From an uncultured Klebsiella sp. (GTDB taxonomy: Bacteria; Cyanobacteriota; Cyanobacteriia; PCC-6307; Cyanobiaceae): a DNA stretch of 35,956 nucleotides. Of the stretch, positions 16,706 to 26,994 are shown piece after piece. The translations under genes were made by a program, and so were the position numbers. The stretch is taken from NCBI GenBank assembly GCA_964344095.1, contig CAYFMB010000001.1:1-35956 (forward strand), written 5' to 3'. The notes under the pieces were generated by a model. It did not search any database and had not been told where the DNA came from. It saw only the letters and a list, made by a program, of their open reading frames with translations. Every line of letters begins with the position of its first letter. The stretch's first letter is position 1.

Positions 16706-17419
16706 ATGGCTGTTGTCACTCTCGCCGAAATGATGGAGGCTGGCGCCCACTTTGGGCACCAGACCCGTCGTTGGAACCCCAAGATGTCGCGCTACATCTA
16801 TTGCGCGCGCAATGGGGTGCACATCATTGACCTCGTGCAGACCGCGGTCTGCATGAACAACGCCTACAAATGGGTGCGCAGTGCTGCACGCAGCGGCAAG
16901 CGCTTCCTGTTTGTTGGCACCAAAAAGCAGGCTTCCGAAGTGATCGCCCAGGAGGCGACCCGCTGCGGCGCCGCCTACGTCAACCAGCGTTGGTTGGGCG
17001 GCATGCTCACCAACTGGACGACGATGCGCGCTCGCATCGATCGCCTCAAGGACCTTGAGCGCATGGAGTCGTCAGGCGCCATCGCCATGCGTCCCAAAAA
17101 GGAAGCAGCCGTGCTGCGGCGTGAGCTTGAGCGTCTGCAGAAGTACCTCGGTGGTCTCAAGACCATGCGTCGTCTTCCCGACGTCGTGATCCTGGTCGAT
17201 CAGCGTCGCGAGACCAACGCCGTGCTCGAGGCCCGCAAGCTCGATATCCCCCTGGTGTCGATGCTCGACACCAATTGCGATCCCGATCTTTGCGACGTGC
17301 CCATTCCCTGCAACGACGATGCCGTTCGTTCGGTGCAACTCGTGCTCAGCCGCCTGGCCGATGCCATCAATGAAGGGCGTCACGGTGCCAGTGACCACGA
17401 CAGCGACCACGACGCCTGA
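16706..17419 (+). CDS. rpsB: 30S ribosomal protein S2
   Basis: [27 protein letters not shown] is the canonical S2 N-terminus. The GTG at 16676 upstream is rejected as a start. Confidence 0.95.
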   Translation: MAVVTLAEMMEAGAHFGHQTRRWNPKMSRYIYCARNGVHIIDLVQTAVCMNNAYKWVRSAARSGKRFLFVGTKKQASEVIAQEATRCGAAYVNQRWLGGMLTNWTTMRARIDRLKDLERMESSGAIAMRPKKEAAVLRRELERLQKYLGGLKTMRRLPDVVILVDQRRETNAVLEARKLDIPLVSMLDTNCDPDLCDVPIPCNDDAVRSVQLVLSRLADAINEGRHGASDHDSDHDA

Positions 17420-17435
17420 GGCGTGCGTTGACCGC

Positions 17436-17466
17436 GGGCGCCGCACGGCACTGCTGTGCGGCGCTC
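17436..17466 (+). other. strong stem-loop in the rpsB-tsf spacer (RNA structure, function unknown)
   Basis: Positions 17436..17446 pair with 17456..17466, giving 11 bp including one G-U pair, with a 9-nt loop. The stem begins 17 nt after the rpsB stop. No U-tract follows, so it is not a canonical terminator. Confidence 0.5.
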
Positions 17467-17540
17467 ACCACTGCCGCGATTGCGGCGCGCACGCGCCGAT
17501 CGCCTTTTCGTTCTGACCATCCCCACCAGCGTTTCAAGCC

Positions 17541-18197
17541 ATGGCTGAGATCTCCGCCAAACTCGTCAAAGACCTGCGCGACAAGACTGGCGCGGGGATG
17601 ATGGATTGCAAAAAGGCCCTTGCCGAAACCAACGGCGATACCGAAAAAGCCATTGAGTGGCTGCGTCAAAAGGGCATAGCCAGCGCTGAGAAAAAGGCTG
17701 GGCGCACCGCCGCCGAGGGTGCAGTCGGCAGCTACATCCACACCGGCGCCCGTGTTGGCGTCCTGGTCGAAGTGAACTGCGAGACCGATTTCGTCGCCAG
17801 AGGCGAGGCCTTCCAAGAGCTGCTGCGCAATGTCGCCATGCAGATCGCCGCCTGCCCCGGTGTCGAATACGTGAGCGTTGATCAAATCCCCGCCGAGGTG
17901 GCTGCCAAGGAAAAGGCCATCGAGATGGGCCGCGATGATTTGGCCGGTAAGCCCGATGCCATGAAGGAGAAGATCGTTGAGGGCCGCATTGCCAAACGCC
18001 TCAAGGAGCTGGCATTGCTGGAGCAGCCCTTCATCAAGGACAGCTCCATGACCGTGTCTGAGATGGTCAAGCAGGTGGCGGGCAAGTTGGGTGAAAACAT
18101 CCAGGTTCGCCGCTTCACCCGCTACACCCTGGGCGAGGGCATCGAAGTCGAACAGGCCGACTTCGCTGCCGAAGTTGCTGCCATGCAGGCAGCCTGA
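17541..18197 (+). CDS. tsf: translation elongation factor Ts
   Basis: [27 protein letters not shown] is the UBA-like EF-Ts N-terminus, and the gene sits downstream of rpsB as in most bacteria. Confidence 0.95.
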   Translation: MAEISAKLVKDLRDKTGAGMMDCKKALAETNGDTEKAIEWLRQKGIASAEKKAGRTAAEGAVGSYIHTGARVGVLVEVNCETDFVARGEAFQELLRNVAMQIAACPGVEYVSVDQIPAEVAAKEKAIEMGRDDLAGKPDAMKEKIVEGRIAKRLKELALLEQPFIKDSSMTVSEMVKQVAGKLGENIQVRRFTRYTLGEGIEVEQADFAAEVAAMQAA

Positions 18198-18202
18198 GGT
18201 CC

Positions 18203-19306
18203 TTGGAGCCCTCCACGGCGCGCGGCGACACGGCCCAGCAGCTTGAGAAGCTGCGCGTCCGGCTCCATCAAGACAACCCACAGCTTTATCGCCACTGGGC
18301 CCTGTATCTGCAGGTCCTGCGCGACGAGCTGGAGGGGGTGGTCAACAAGGCCTGCTTTCAGTTGGCGGTCTCCGAGCTGCCCCTGCGCTACAGCGCCATG
18401 CCCAGCGAGGCACGCCAGCAGCTGCATGTTCGGCTGGCCCGCTTGGTCCGACGCACCTGTGCATTGCTGACCGTTGAGCAGTTGCATGCCTTGGCAGAGC
18501 AGACCGAGCGTCGCCTCAGACGCGTTGCGCTGCGCCAACAACGCCAGCTGCTGGCGGCCATGGAGGCATCACAACTGGTCCAAGCACCTGAGGTCGACGC
18601 CGTCCATGAGCCCCCGGGTTCGGTGCACTTGGGCCTGGCTCTTCCCCTGAGTCGCCACAGTTTTGCTCTGGGGCAGGCCTCCAGCCAGATCCAAGCTGGC
18701 GAGCTAGAGCCAGAAGAGAGCCAGCCAGCGAGTGACCTTGACCAGGACACCGATGCATTGATGCAGGTGTTTGCCAAGCTGCTTGAAAACCAGGTTGGAT
18801 CTGAATCAGCAGCGCAGACCGATTCCGAGCGGCTTGGGCTGTTGCCTGACAATCCGCTCGAGCTGCTGACCTGGTTCGATGGCCTTGACGGGGCCCTAGC
18901 CAGACGCCTGCGCAACCTGTCCCATGCCATCAACGTCGCGTTGGTGCGACAGGGGCTTAACAGCACCCTGTTGCCGCTGCGCACCCTCGAGGCCATTGCC
19001 TCTGGTCAGCTTGAGACCCAGGACGCAGCCCCTCATCTGGTGCGCTTGGCGATGCCGGGGATGCGTGTGCCGGTGGCCCAGGTCCCCGACGTGCTCTGTG
19101 TGCTGTTGCGGCCTGTGGACCTGGAGGTCAACGCACCGCGGCTGCGCACCTGCCGAACGCGTCTGCAGCAGGCGCGTCTGGAGGTGCGCAGAATGGCGCA
19201 GACCTATCACCGCCTGGAGCGTCGCCTGCAGGCTCTTGATGCCGAAGCGCTGTGGCTGCACGATCACTCCACAGCTCAGCTGAGCAACAACCCGCCGACG
19301 GCGTGA
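18203..19306 (+). CDS. hypothetical protein (367 aa), no recognisable domain
   Basis: The open frame fills the whole tsf-recG gap. A TTG start lies 6 nt after the tsf stop, and the stop overlaps the proposed recG GTG (GTGA). The ends are Arg/Gln/Leu-rich and helical, and the middle is an acidic linker. The start is uncertain. Confidence 0.55.
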   Translation: MEPSTARGDTAQQLEKLRVRLHQDNPQLYRHWALYLQVLRDELEGVVNKACFQLAVSELPLRYSAMPSEARQQLHVRLARLVRRTCALLTVEQLHALAEQTERRLRRVALRQQRQLLAAMEASQLVQAPEVDAVHEPPGSVHLGLALPLSRHSFALGQASSQIQAGELEPEESQPASDLDQDTDALMQVFAKLLENQVGSESAAQTDSERLGLLPDNPLELLTWFDGLDGALARRLRNLSHAINVALVRQGLNSTLLPLRTLEAIASGQLETQDAAPHLVRLAMPGMRVPVAQVPDVLCVLLRPVDLEVNAPRLRTCRTRLQQARLEVRRMAQTYHRLERRLQALDAEALWLHDHSTAQLSNNPPTA

Positions 19307-21801
19307 AGCCCGAGCTCCAGGCCTGGCTGCGGCCGTTGCAGCAGGGGCTCCAGCTCGAAGCTGATCGAGGCTTCGCCAACCTGCAGGGCCGACACGACAC
19401 CTTTGCCGCCTTTCTGAGGCAGCAGCTCTCCCAGGTGCCGCTAACGCTGGACCCCCGTGAACAAGAGCTGCTCGACAGCCTGCTGGAGCGCTATCAGCGC
19501 TATGAGGATCTGTCTTTGGCCCAGCGCCAGCGCTTGGTGCGCCAGAGCCGTGAGTGGTTGCTGGCCCTGCGGCAGCGCCGTCGTGCCGCGGCCAGCCCCA
19601 TGGCCCCGCCCAGACTGCGCCTGCTGGCCACATCCGAAACCACTGCGGCTGCAACGCATGGTTTGGCCCTGACCCTGGACACACCGTTGGGGGAGGTGCG
19701 CGGCATCGGAGCGCGCACGGCCACGCGCCTGGCTCAGCTGGGCCTGCTGCTGGTGCGTGATCTGTTGCATCACTACCCGCGCGACTATCTCGATTACGCC
19801 AACCTGCGCCGCATCAAGGCTCTGGTCCCTGGGGAGACGGCGACGATCGTGGCCACCGTGAGGCGCTGTCATGCATTTGTCAGTCCACGCAACCCGAATC
19901 TCGGGATTCTGGAGCTGCAGTTGGCCGATCCCACCGGGCGGCTGCGGGTCAGCCGCTTCTTTGCCGGCAAGCGCTTTGCCTCACCGGGCTGGCTGGCTGC
20001 ACAGCAACGCCAATACCCCACGGGTGCCTTGCTGGCGGTCAGCGGTTTGGTCAAGCAGACACCCTATGGACCGGCCTTCAGCGATCCGCTGATGGAGGTG
20101 CTCGAACACGCCCAGGCCACGGTGCAATCACCTGCCATTGGACGTCTGTTGCCGGTCTATGGCCTCACCGAAGGGCTCAGCGCCGACACGTTGCGCCAGG
20201 CGATCGCGGCGGTTCTGCCCCTCGCGACGGCGAGTCCCGAACCCCTGCCGGCTCCCTTGCGCCAGCAGGAGCAGTTGATCAGCAGAGCCCAGGCGCTGCA
20301 GCAGATCCACCAGCCAGCCGATCAGACGTCGTTGCAAGCCGCTCGCACACGGCTGGTGTTTGACGAGTTTCTGCTGCTGCAGCTGGGTCTGGCCCAGCGG
20401 CGCCGCCAGCTCAAGGCTCGTCAGGCGCCTGTGCTGAGCCGCGCAGCCAGCGGCATGCCAGGCCCGGGCAACAGCGACGCTCTGGTGCAGCGGTTCCTGG
20501 AGCTGCTGCCCTTTGACCTGACCGGTGCGCAGCAGCGCGTGCTCGAGCAGATCCGCGCCGACATGGGTCGCAGCGAACCGATGGCACGACTGGTCCAGGG
20601 CGATGTGGGTAGCGGCAAAACCGTGGTCGCGTTGGCCGCGCTGTTGGCCGCGATTGAGGCCGGTTGCCAGGGAGCTCTCATGGCCCCGACTGAAGTGCTG
20701 GCCCAGCAGCATTTCGCCAAGGTGGCCGATTGGCTCACCCAGTTGCATGTGAGCACGGCCTTGCTGACGGGCTCAACCCCGGCACGGCAGCGGCGTCAGA
20801 TCCTGACGGATCTGGCGAACGGCCAGTTGCAGCTGTTGGTGGGGACCCACGCCCTTTTGGAAGATCCGGTTGACTTTTCACGCCTGGGGCTGGTGGTGGT
20901 TGACGAACAGCACCGCTTCGGGGTCAACCAACGCAATCGCCTGCTGAGCAAAGGCCTGCAGCCGCACTTGCTGACCATGACAGCAACGCCGATTCCACGC
21001 ACCCTGGCGCTGTCACTGCACGGTGATCTCGACGTCAGCCAGATCGACGAATTGCCCCCGGGACGCCAGGCGATCGCGACCGAGGTGCTGCGCAGCGGCG
21101 AGCGCCAGCAGGCTTACGACCTGATCCGCAGCGAGGTGGCCAAGGGCCAACGGGCTTACGTGGTGCTGCCGCTGGTCGAGGAATCGGAGAAGCTCGATCT
21201 GCGTTCGGCCGTCGAGGTTCACCAGAGCCTCAGCGAAACGGTGTTCCCTGATCTGGCTGTTGGGCTGCTGCACGGCCGACTCAGCAGTGAGGCCAAGCAG
21301 GCGGCCATCGCCGCCTTTGCCAGCGGTGAGACCCAGGTTCTCGTCAGCACCACCGTGGTCGAGGTCGGTGTCGATGTGCCGGCGGCCACAGTCATGGTGA
21401 TCGACCATGCCGAGCGCTTTGGCCTGGCCCAGCTGCACCAGCTGCGGGGGCGGGTCGGACGCGGCGCTGACCAGTCGTACTGCCTGTTGATCAACGACAG
21501 CAGCAACGCCCTGGCGCGCCAGCGACTGGATCTGCTGGCCCGCTCCAACGACGGCTTTGAAATCGCCGAAATGGACCTGCGCCTGCGCGGCCCGGGCCAG
21601 GTGCTGGGCACGCGCCAGTCGGGCCTTCCCGATCTGGCCCTGGCCAGCCTCAGCAGTGACGGTGCGGTGTTGGAGCAGGCCCGCACGGTCGCTCAGCAGT
21701 TGATGGCTCAGGATCCTGAGCTGTCCAGTTGGCCCGTGTTGGCCGCCATGCTGCGGGCGCAACGCCAGCGTCAGATGGATGCTGCGGCACAGCTCAACTG
21801 A
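19303..21801 (+). CDS. recG: ATP-dependent DNA helicase RecG
   Basis: It has a wedge/OB region, helicase motif I GDVGSGKT, DEQH, TATPIPRT, and QLHQLRGRVGRG in the C-terminal domain. I chose the GTG at 19303; a GTG at 19252 is also possible. Confidence 0.9.
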   Translation: MKPELQAWLRPLQQGLQLEADRGFANLQGRHDTFAAFLRQQLSQVPLTLDPREQELLDSLLERYQRYEDLSLAQRQRLVRQSREWLLALRQRRRAAASPMAPPRLRLLATSETTAAATHGLALTLDTPLGEVRGIGARTATRLAQLGLLLVRDLLHHYPRDYLDYANLRRIKALVPGETATIVATVRRCHAFVSPRNPNLGILELQLADPTGRLRVSRFFAGKRFASPGWLAAQQRQYPTGALLAVSGLVKQTPYGPAFSDPLMEVLEHAQATVQSPAIGRLLPVYGLTEGLSADTLRQAIAAVLPLATASPEPLPAPLRQQEQLISRAQALQQIHQPADQTSLQAARTRLVFDEFLLLQLGLAQRRRQLKARQAPVLSRAASGMPGPGNSDALVQRFLELLPFDLTGAQQRVLEQIRADMGRSEPMARLVQGDVGSGKTVVALAALLAAIEAGCQGALMAPTEVLAQQHFAKVADWLTQLHVSTALLTGSTPARQRRQILTDLANGQLQLLVGTHALLEDPVDFSRLGLVVVDEQHRFGVNQRNRLLSKGLQPHLLTMTATPIPRTLALSLHGDLDVSQIDELPPGRQAIATEVLRSGERQQAYDLIRSEVAKGQRAYVVLPLVEESEKLDLRSAVEVHQSLSETVFPDLAVGLLHGRLSSEAKQAAIAAFASGETQVLVSTTVVEVGVDVPAATVMVIDHAERFGLAQLHQLRGRVGRGADQSYCLLINDSSNALARQRLDLLARSNDGFEIAEMDLRLRGPGQVLGTRQSGLPDLALASLSSDGAVLEQARTVAQQLMAQDPELSSWPVLAAMLRAQRQRQMDAAAQLN

Positions 21802-21805
21802 TCCC

Positions 21806-22543
21806 ATGACCCAGCAACGTCCCTGGCACGGCATTGCGATCGTGGATAACGGCGAGCCTTTGCAGGCCTTGCCCCAGACCTTGCTGCGGCTGGAGCCCCA
21901 CCCCTATGCGGCCCTGGGTGCCCCCTATGGGCCAGGTCAGAGTCCCTTTTCCCTTCGCAGTGGCGTGATCGCTCGACTGCTTCGGGCTCAAGCTGCGCTG
22001 CAGGAGCTCTCGATGCTGCAGGGTCGCGACGAAGGACTTCAGCTGGCCATTTTCGATGGTTGGCGCCCGATCGCCGTCCAGCAGTTCATGGTCGATCACA
22101 CCCTCATGGCGCTGTGCGCTGCGGCAGGGGTGGATCCGTCGCAACCGTCGCAAGCCCGGGACCGCTTGGTGGCCGAGGTGGGCCGCTTCTGGGCCCCCCC
22201 CAGTGCCGATCCCGCGACGCCACCCCCCCACAGCACCGGTGCAGCCGTCGATCTCACCCTGGCCAGCCGCGAGGGTGTTGTCGTCGCGATGGGCGGTGAG
22301 ATCGATGCCATCGGTCCGGTGTCTGAGCCCGATCACCACGCCCACGCCGCAGCGGCGGATCCCGCCGGTGAAGCGGCAGGTTGGCATCGGCGCCGCCAGC
22401 TGCTGCGCGCTGCCATGCAGGCAGCCGGTTTTGCCCAGCACCCCAACGAGTGGTGGCATTTCAGCCAGGGCGATCAACTCTGGGCCTGGCAGGTCGGTGC
22501 CCCCCAGGCCTGCTACGGGCGCACGGAGCCCTCAGGTCGCTGA
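21806..22543 (+). CDS. ddpX: D-alanyl-D-alanine dipeptidase (VanX/DdpX family, peptidase M15D)
   Basis: Motifs IFDGWRP, HSTGAAVDLTL and EWWHFS (the zinc and catalytic residues of VanX-type enzymes) are present. The ATG lies 5 nt after the recG stop. Confidence 0.8.
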   Translation: MTQQRPWHGIAIVDNGEPLQALPQTLLRLEPHPYAALGAPYGPGQSPFSLRSGVIARLLRAQAALQELSMLQGRDEGLQLAIFDGWRPIAVQQFMVDHTLMALCAAAGVDPSQPSQARDRLVAEVGRFWAPPSADPATPPPHSTGAAVDLTLASREGVVVAMGGEIDAIGPVSEPDHHAHAAAADPAGEAAGWHRRRQLLRAAMQAAGFAQHPNEWWHFSQGDQLWAWQVGAPQACYGRTEPSGR

Positions 22544-24367
22544 GCTGTTGAGCAGTTCGAGCACCTGTTCACGGCCGCTGCCGGCGACAAACGCCCCCAG
22601 ACTGCGGCGCCCACCGGCCTGATGCCAGGCGAGCAGCAGTGGCTCAAGTGTGCGCTCGAGATCCTCGAGCGGCATTTTCTCGAGGTAAGGCTCGGCCAAG
22701 CGCTGCAGGTTCGGTGTGCCTCCAAGCCAAAGCTGGTATTGATCAACGCCGCTACCCACCAGGCCAAGCTCGGCCATGTAAGGCCGCGCGCAGCCATTGG
22801 GACAGCCGGTCATGCGGACCAGTACAGGCTTGGTAATGCCCAGGCGCTGAAACTGGGCATCGAGTCGGTCGAGCACTGCCGGGAAAATGCGCTCGGCCTC
22901 GGTGACGGCCAGGCCGCACAGGGGAAGGGCCGGGCAGGCAATCGCGTGGCGGGCCAGCAACGGCGGCGCCTCGGGTGCTTCAAAACCAATCGAAGCGAGC
23001 TCCTGTTGCAGGGAGGCGCGCTGGGAGGTGGCGATGTTGCACAACAGGATGTCTTGGTTGGGCGTCAGACGCAGCTCCAGCTGATAGGTCTCCACCAGAC
23101 GCTTCAGGCCCGCTTTCTGCTCCCCTGAAAGGCGCCCGCACAACAGCGGCAGACCGACAAACCATTTGCCGGCTGCAATGCGGTGCCAGCCCAGGTAGTC
23201 CTCGAGTTTGGCCTTGGGCTCAAGCCTCAGGCCCTTGATCGGATGGGGGAAATAGCGCTTGAGCTCCTGTTTGAACCAAGCGATGCCGCGGTCATGAATC
23301 AGATACTTCATGCGCGAGTGGCGCCGCTGGGCCCGGTCGCCATGGTCGCGCTGCAGCGCCACGATCGCCTGCACCAGCTCGAGCACGTGCTCCTGGGCCA
23401 CATAGCCGAGGGGGTCGGCCGTGCGGGCAAAGGTTTCGTCTTTGTTGTGGGTGCGGCCCATGCCGCCACCCACATACACGTTGCAGCCACGGGGACGGCC
23501 ATTGGGATCGGCGAACTGCACCAGACCGATGTCCTGGGTGAGCAGATCGACCGAGTTATCGCCGGGAACGGTGACTGCCACCTTGAATTTGCGCGGCATG
23601 TAGGTCGACCCGTACAGCGGCTCGGTGACATCGCCCGAGGCGACGCTGCCCTCGTTCTGGAGGGCTCTGACCTTCTTGACCGTGGTGGCGGGCTTGATGC
23701 GGTAACGCAGGTCGCCATCAACCCAGAGGTCGAGATAGGAGCCCTCGGCTGCCTGGGGAGCAATCAGATCTGCAACCTGGTCGGCCAACTCGCGAGCTGC
23801 CGGATACGCACCCTTTTCAAACGGAGCGGCGGGTGCCATCACATTGCGGCTGATGTCACCGCAAGCCGCCAGGGTGGAGCCCATGGCGCGCACGATCGTG
23901 CCGATGACCTCGCGCAGGTGCTCCTTGCGAATGCCATGCATCTGGAACGCCTGACGGGTGGTCGCCCGCAATGTGCCGTTGCCATAGCGGTCGGCCAAAG
24001 CATCGAGCGCCACAAACAGATCAGGCGGAATCCGCCCACCCGGGCTGCGCAGGCGCAGCATCATCTGCCAGTCCTTGTCCTGACCCTTCTGTCTGTTCTC
24101 GCGATTGTCCTGTTGGTAGCTGCCGTGAAACTTCAGGATTTGAACCGCACCCTCACTGAAATTGGGCAGATCATTGGCCAGCTCGCTGAGCAACGGCTCC
24201 CTGAGGTGATCGCTGTCAGCCTTGAGCTGCTCGAACTTGGTGCGTGGGGCACCAGAAGCGAGGCTGGGCAGCGGTCCGGCATCAGGGGTAAGCGATCCTG
24301 CGGTCACAGGCAACTGGTGCGGCACACAAGGGTTGACCGTAGCGAATGGCGTCCCATTACAGGGCAC
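22532..24367 (-). CDS. sir: ferredoxin-sulfite reductase
   Basis: KFEQLKADSDHLREPL, ILKFHGSYQQDNRE, the siroheme/4Fe-4S motif TGCPNGCARP and its length near 600 aa fit Sir rather than NirA. The start is uncertain: GTG at 24367, 24325 or 24307. Confidence 0.9.
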   Translation of the reverse strand: MPCNGTPFATVNPCVPHQLPVTAGSLTPDAGPLPSLASGAPRTKFEQLKADSDHLREPLLSELANDLPNFSEGAVQILKFHGSYQQDNRENRQKGQDKDWQMMLRLRSPGGRIPPDLFVALDALADRYGNGTLRATTRQAFQMHGIRKEHLREVIGTIVRAMGSTLAACGDISRNVMAPAAPFEKGAYPAARELADQVADLIAPQAAEGSYLDLWVDGDLRYRIKPATTVKKVRALQNEGSVASGDVTEPLYGSTYMPRKFKVAVTVPGDNSVDLLTQDIGLVQFADPNGRPRGCNVYVGGGMGRTHNKDETFARTADPLGYVAQEHVLELVQAIVALQRDHGDRAQRRHSRMKYLIHDRGIAWFKQELKRYFPHPIKGLRLEPKAKLEDYLGWHRIAAGKWFVGLPLLCGRLSGEQKAGLKRLVETYQLELRLTPNQDILLCNIATSQRASLQQELASIGFEAPEAPPLLARHAIACPALPLCGLAVTEAERIFPAVLDRLDAQFQRLGITKPVLVRMTGCPNGCARPYMAELGLVGSGVDQYQLWLGGTPNLQRLAEPYLEKMPLEDLERTLEPLLLAWHQAGGRRSLGAFVAGSGREQVLELLNSSAT

Positions 24368-24402
24368 TTCATACAGTGGGCCACTGGGGCTGCTGCACTG
24401 CG

Positions 24403-26568
24403 TTGTCGACCTTTCTGCTGGAAATCGGGACCGAGGAACTGCCCGCCGATTTTGCTCGTCTGGCCTTGCCTCAGCTTGAGCAGCTGGTACGCCGTGATTT
24501 GAGTGAGGCGCGGCTGTGTTTTGGGACGATTCAATGCACCAGCACGCCGCGTCGGCTGGTATTGCGCATCGACGCGCTCGCCGCCGCCGCTGCCGATCTC
24601 CAGGAGGATCGCAAGGGGCCTCCGGCTGCCCAGGCGTTCAAGGATGGCGTTGCCACCCAGGCGGCGATTGGCTTTGCCAACCGCTGCGGTGTTGCACCTG
24701 AAGCGCTTGAGGTGCGTGACACACCGAAAGGTCCCTTTGTCTTTGCCCGTGTGCTGGAGCCGGGCCGCCGCGCCGATGCCCTTTTGCAGGAGTGCATTCC
24801 CCAGTGGATCGGGTCCCTGCAGGGACGCCGTTTCATGCGCTGGGGTGAAGGTGACAGTCGCTTTTCGCGACCGGTGCGCTGGCTGGTGGCCCTGCTGGAT
24901 GACAGGGTGATCACCACACGCCTTGAAGGCGCCGATCCGGTGATCACGGCCGGCAACGTGAGTCGCGGCCACCGCTTGATCAGCGATGCCGTGCCGATCC
25001 GTTCAGCCGAGACCTATGCCGACAGTCTCCAGCAGGCCGGGGTTTTGGTGGAGCGCGACTCACGCGCCAGTTTCATCAGACAGGGCATCGACCAGGCCGC
25101 TGCCGCGCTACAGGCGCGACCCGATCTTCCCGATGACCTGTTCGATGAGCTGATTGATCTGGTCGAATCGCCACAGCTGATCGAAGGCAGCATTGAGGAG
25201 CGCTACCTGGCCCTGCCCGCAGAAGTGCTCAGCACGGTGATGCGCGCCCACCAGCGCTACGTGCCGCTCTACGCCCAAGGGGGTAGCAGCGACCCATTGG
25301 CTCTGGATGCCCGCGGTGCCCTCATGCCGCGCTTTCTCTGCATCGGCAACGGCTTGCCCGAAGCCACTGCCACCGTGCGCCGCGGCAACGAACGGGTGCT
25401 GAAGGCTCGCCTGGCCGATGCCGAATTCTTTGTGCAGGCCGATCGATCTGTGGCCAGCATCGATCGCCGCGATCAGTTGGCCCGGGTGACCTTCGCCGAG
25501 GGCTTGGGCTCTGTACGCGACCGTGTTGAGCGCTTGGAGTGGTGCACCGATGTGTTGCTTGAGGCCCTGAACCTGCCTGACGACACAGCCGATCACGCCC
25601 GCCGGGCTGCGCATCTGTGCAAGCACGATCTGGTCAGCCAGATGGTCGGTGAATTTCCTGAACTGCAGGGAGTCATGGGCGGCAAGTATCTGCTGGCTGA
25701 GGGCGAACCGCGCGCAGTGGCCCTTGCGGTCCTTGAGCACTACCTGCCACGGGGGGCCGGCGACGACCTGCCCCAGTCGGCTGCTGGTGCTGTGGTCGCT
25801 CTTGCAGAGCGTCTGGAGCTCCTGCTCAGCATCTATGCCAAGGGCGAGCGTCCCAGCGGCTCTTCGGACCCCTACGCCCTGCGCCGGGCCGGCAATGGGA
25901 TCCTGCAAATCCTCTGGGATCGGGGCTGGCGTCTTGATCTGCGGCACTGGCTGAGCCGTGGCACGGGTCATTGGGCCCAGCTGTTGCCCCACTGCGCTGT
26001 CGACGCCGAGTCACTGGCCGCAGAGTTGGGCGACTTCCTGCGTCAGCGGGTGTTGAGCCTGCTGGAAGACGATGGATTCGATTCTGACCTTGTGCAGGCT
26101 GTTGCCGGTGAGGGTGTGGATCTGGATCGGGTCATCGGCGATCCCTTTGATGCGCGCCAGCGTGCTGAGCTACTCGCTGCCCTACGTCGCAGCAATGAAC
26201 TCGGGGCCGTGCAGGCCGTTGTGACAAGGGCTGCTCGCTTGGCCGAGAAGGGCGATCTCGATGGCGGCTGTCTATCAGCTGCTGCCGTCGTTGATGCAAC
26301 CCTGTTCGAATCACCCAGTGAAACCGACATGCTGGCGGTTCTGCGCCAGCTTGAACCGATCGCAATGGGCAGTGGGGTTGATCGCTATGCCGCGTTAGCC
26401 CGTGGCCTGAGCGCCGGTGCTCAGGCACTGGCGGCGTTCTTTGACGGCGATCAGAGTGTGATGGTCATGGCAGACGATGCGGCCATTCGCCGCAATCGGC
26501 TCAATCTGCTGGGCGTGCTGCGCAATCAGGCAGCCGTTCTGGCCGACTTCAGCCGAATCAACGGCTGA
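24403..26568 (+). CDS. glyS: glycine--tRNA ligase beta subunit
   Basis: STFLLEIGTEELPADF is the canonical GlyS N-terminus. I chose the TTG at 24403; the ORF opens at 24346, overlapping the sir start region. Confidence 0.9.
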   Translation: MSTFLLEIGTEELPADFARLALPQLEQLVRRDLSEARLCFGTIQCTSTPRRLVLRIDALAAAAADLQEDRKGPPAAQAFKDGVATQAAIGFANRCGVAPEALEVRDTPKGPFVFARVLEPGRRADALLQECIPQWIGSLQGRRFMRWGEGDSRFSRPVRWLVALLDDRVITTRLEGADPVITAGNVSRGHRLISDAVPIRSAETYADSLQQAGVLVERDSRASFIRQGIDQAAAALQARPDLPDDLFDELIDLVESPQLIEGSIEERYLALPAEVLSTVMRAHQRYVPLYAQGGSSDPLALDARGALMPRFLCIGNGLPEATATVRRGNERVLKARLADAEFFVQADRSVASIDRRDQLARVTFAEGLGSVRDRVERLEWCTDVLLEALNLPDDTADHARRAAHLCKHDLVSQMVGEFPELQGVMGGKYLLAEGEPRAVALAVLEHYLPRGAGDDLPQSAAGAVVALAERLELLLSIYAKGERPSGSSDPYALRRAGNGILQILWDRGWRLDLRHWLSRGTGHWAQLLPHCAVDAESLAAELGDFLRQRVLSLLEDDGFDSDLVQAVAGEGVDLDRVIGDPFDARQRAELLAALRRSNELGAVQAVVTRAARLAEKGDLDGGCLSAAAVVDATLFESPSETDMLAVLRQLEPIAMGSGVDRYAALARGLSAGAQALAAFFDGDQSVMVMADDAAIRRNRLNLLGVLRNQAAVLADFSRING

Positions 26569-26585
26569 AGTCTCGGGCTTGAACG

Positions 26586-26897
26586 TCAGCCGCTGATCGA
26601 CGCCTGGCAGAACAGCACGATGAGCCAGATGCCTCCAATGATTGGAATGAGAGCGATGAACAGCCAGGGCCACCCTTTGCCGGCGTCGCGAAGACGCCGA
26701 ATGGCCAACGGTACGCCCGGCACAATGCTGGCCAAGCTGTAAATGTTCTGAATCTTGGCGGCAATCAGGCCAAGCACAACCAAGACGATCAGGTTGGCGA
26801 GCACAAACCACCAGTAATCGCCTCGGTTGGAGCGGCCTTTGTAGTCAAAGGACCGGCTCCATCCGGACGTGAACGCTTCAATCAACCGCATGGGCAT
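26586..26897 (-). CDS. DUF805 family inner membrane protein
   Basis: Motifs YKGRSNRGDYWWF, AIRRLRDAGKGWPW and IPIIGGIWLIVLF are typical of DUF805 (YhaH/YhaI-like). Possible starts are ATG 26897, ATG 26891 or GTG 26909. Confidence 0.75.
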   Translation of the reverse strand: MPMRLIEAFTSGWSRSFDYKGRSNRGDYWWFVLANLIVLVVLGLIAAKIQNIYSLASIVPGVPLAIRRLRDAGKGWPWLFIALIPIIGGIWLIVLFCQASISG

Positions 26898-26994
26898 CCG
26901 TGCAACCACCCCCTTCTAGAGGGAGAAGACGGATCCGACCACGGCAGAGGGCAGCAACACGGAAAATTGTGATGATGTGTTCATCTTGTTACCG

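Noticed and set aside
17367-18281. A 304-aa ORF antisense to tsf
   Set aside because: It lies opposite a canonical EF-Ts gene and has no motif. This is a GC-rich frame artefact.
23183-24502. A 439-aa ORF antisense to sir
   Set aside because: This is a shadow frame. sir on the other strand has unambiguous sulfite reductase motifs along its whole length.
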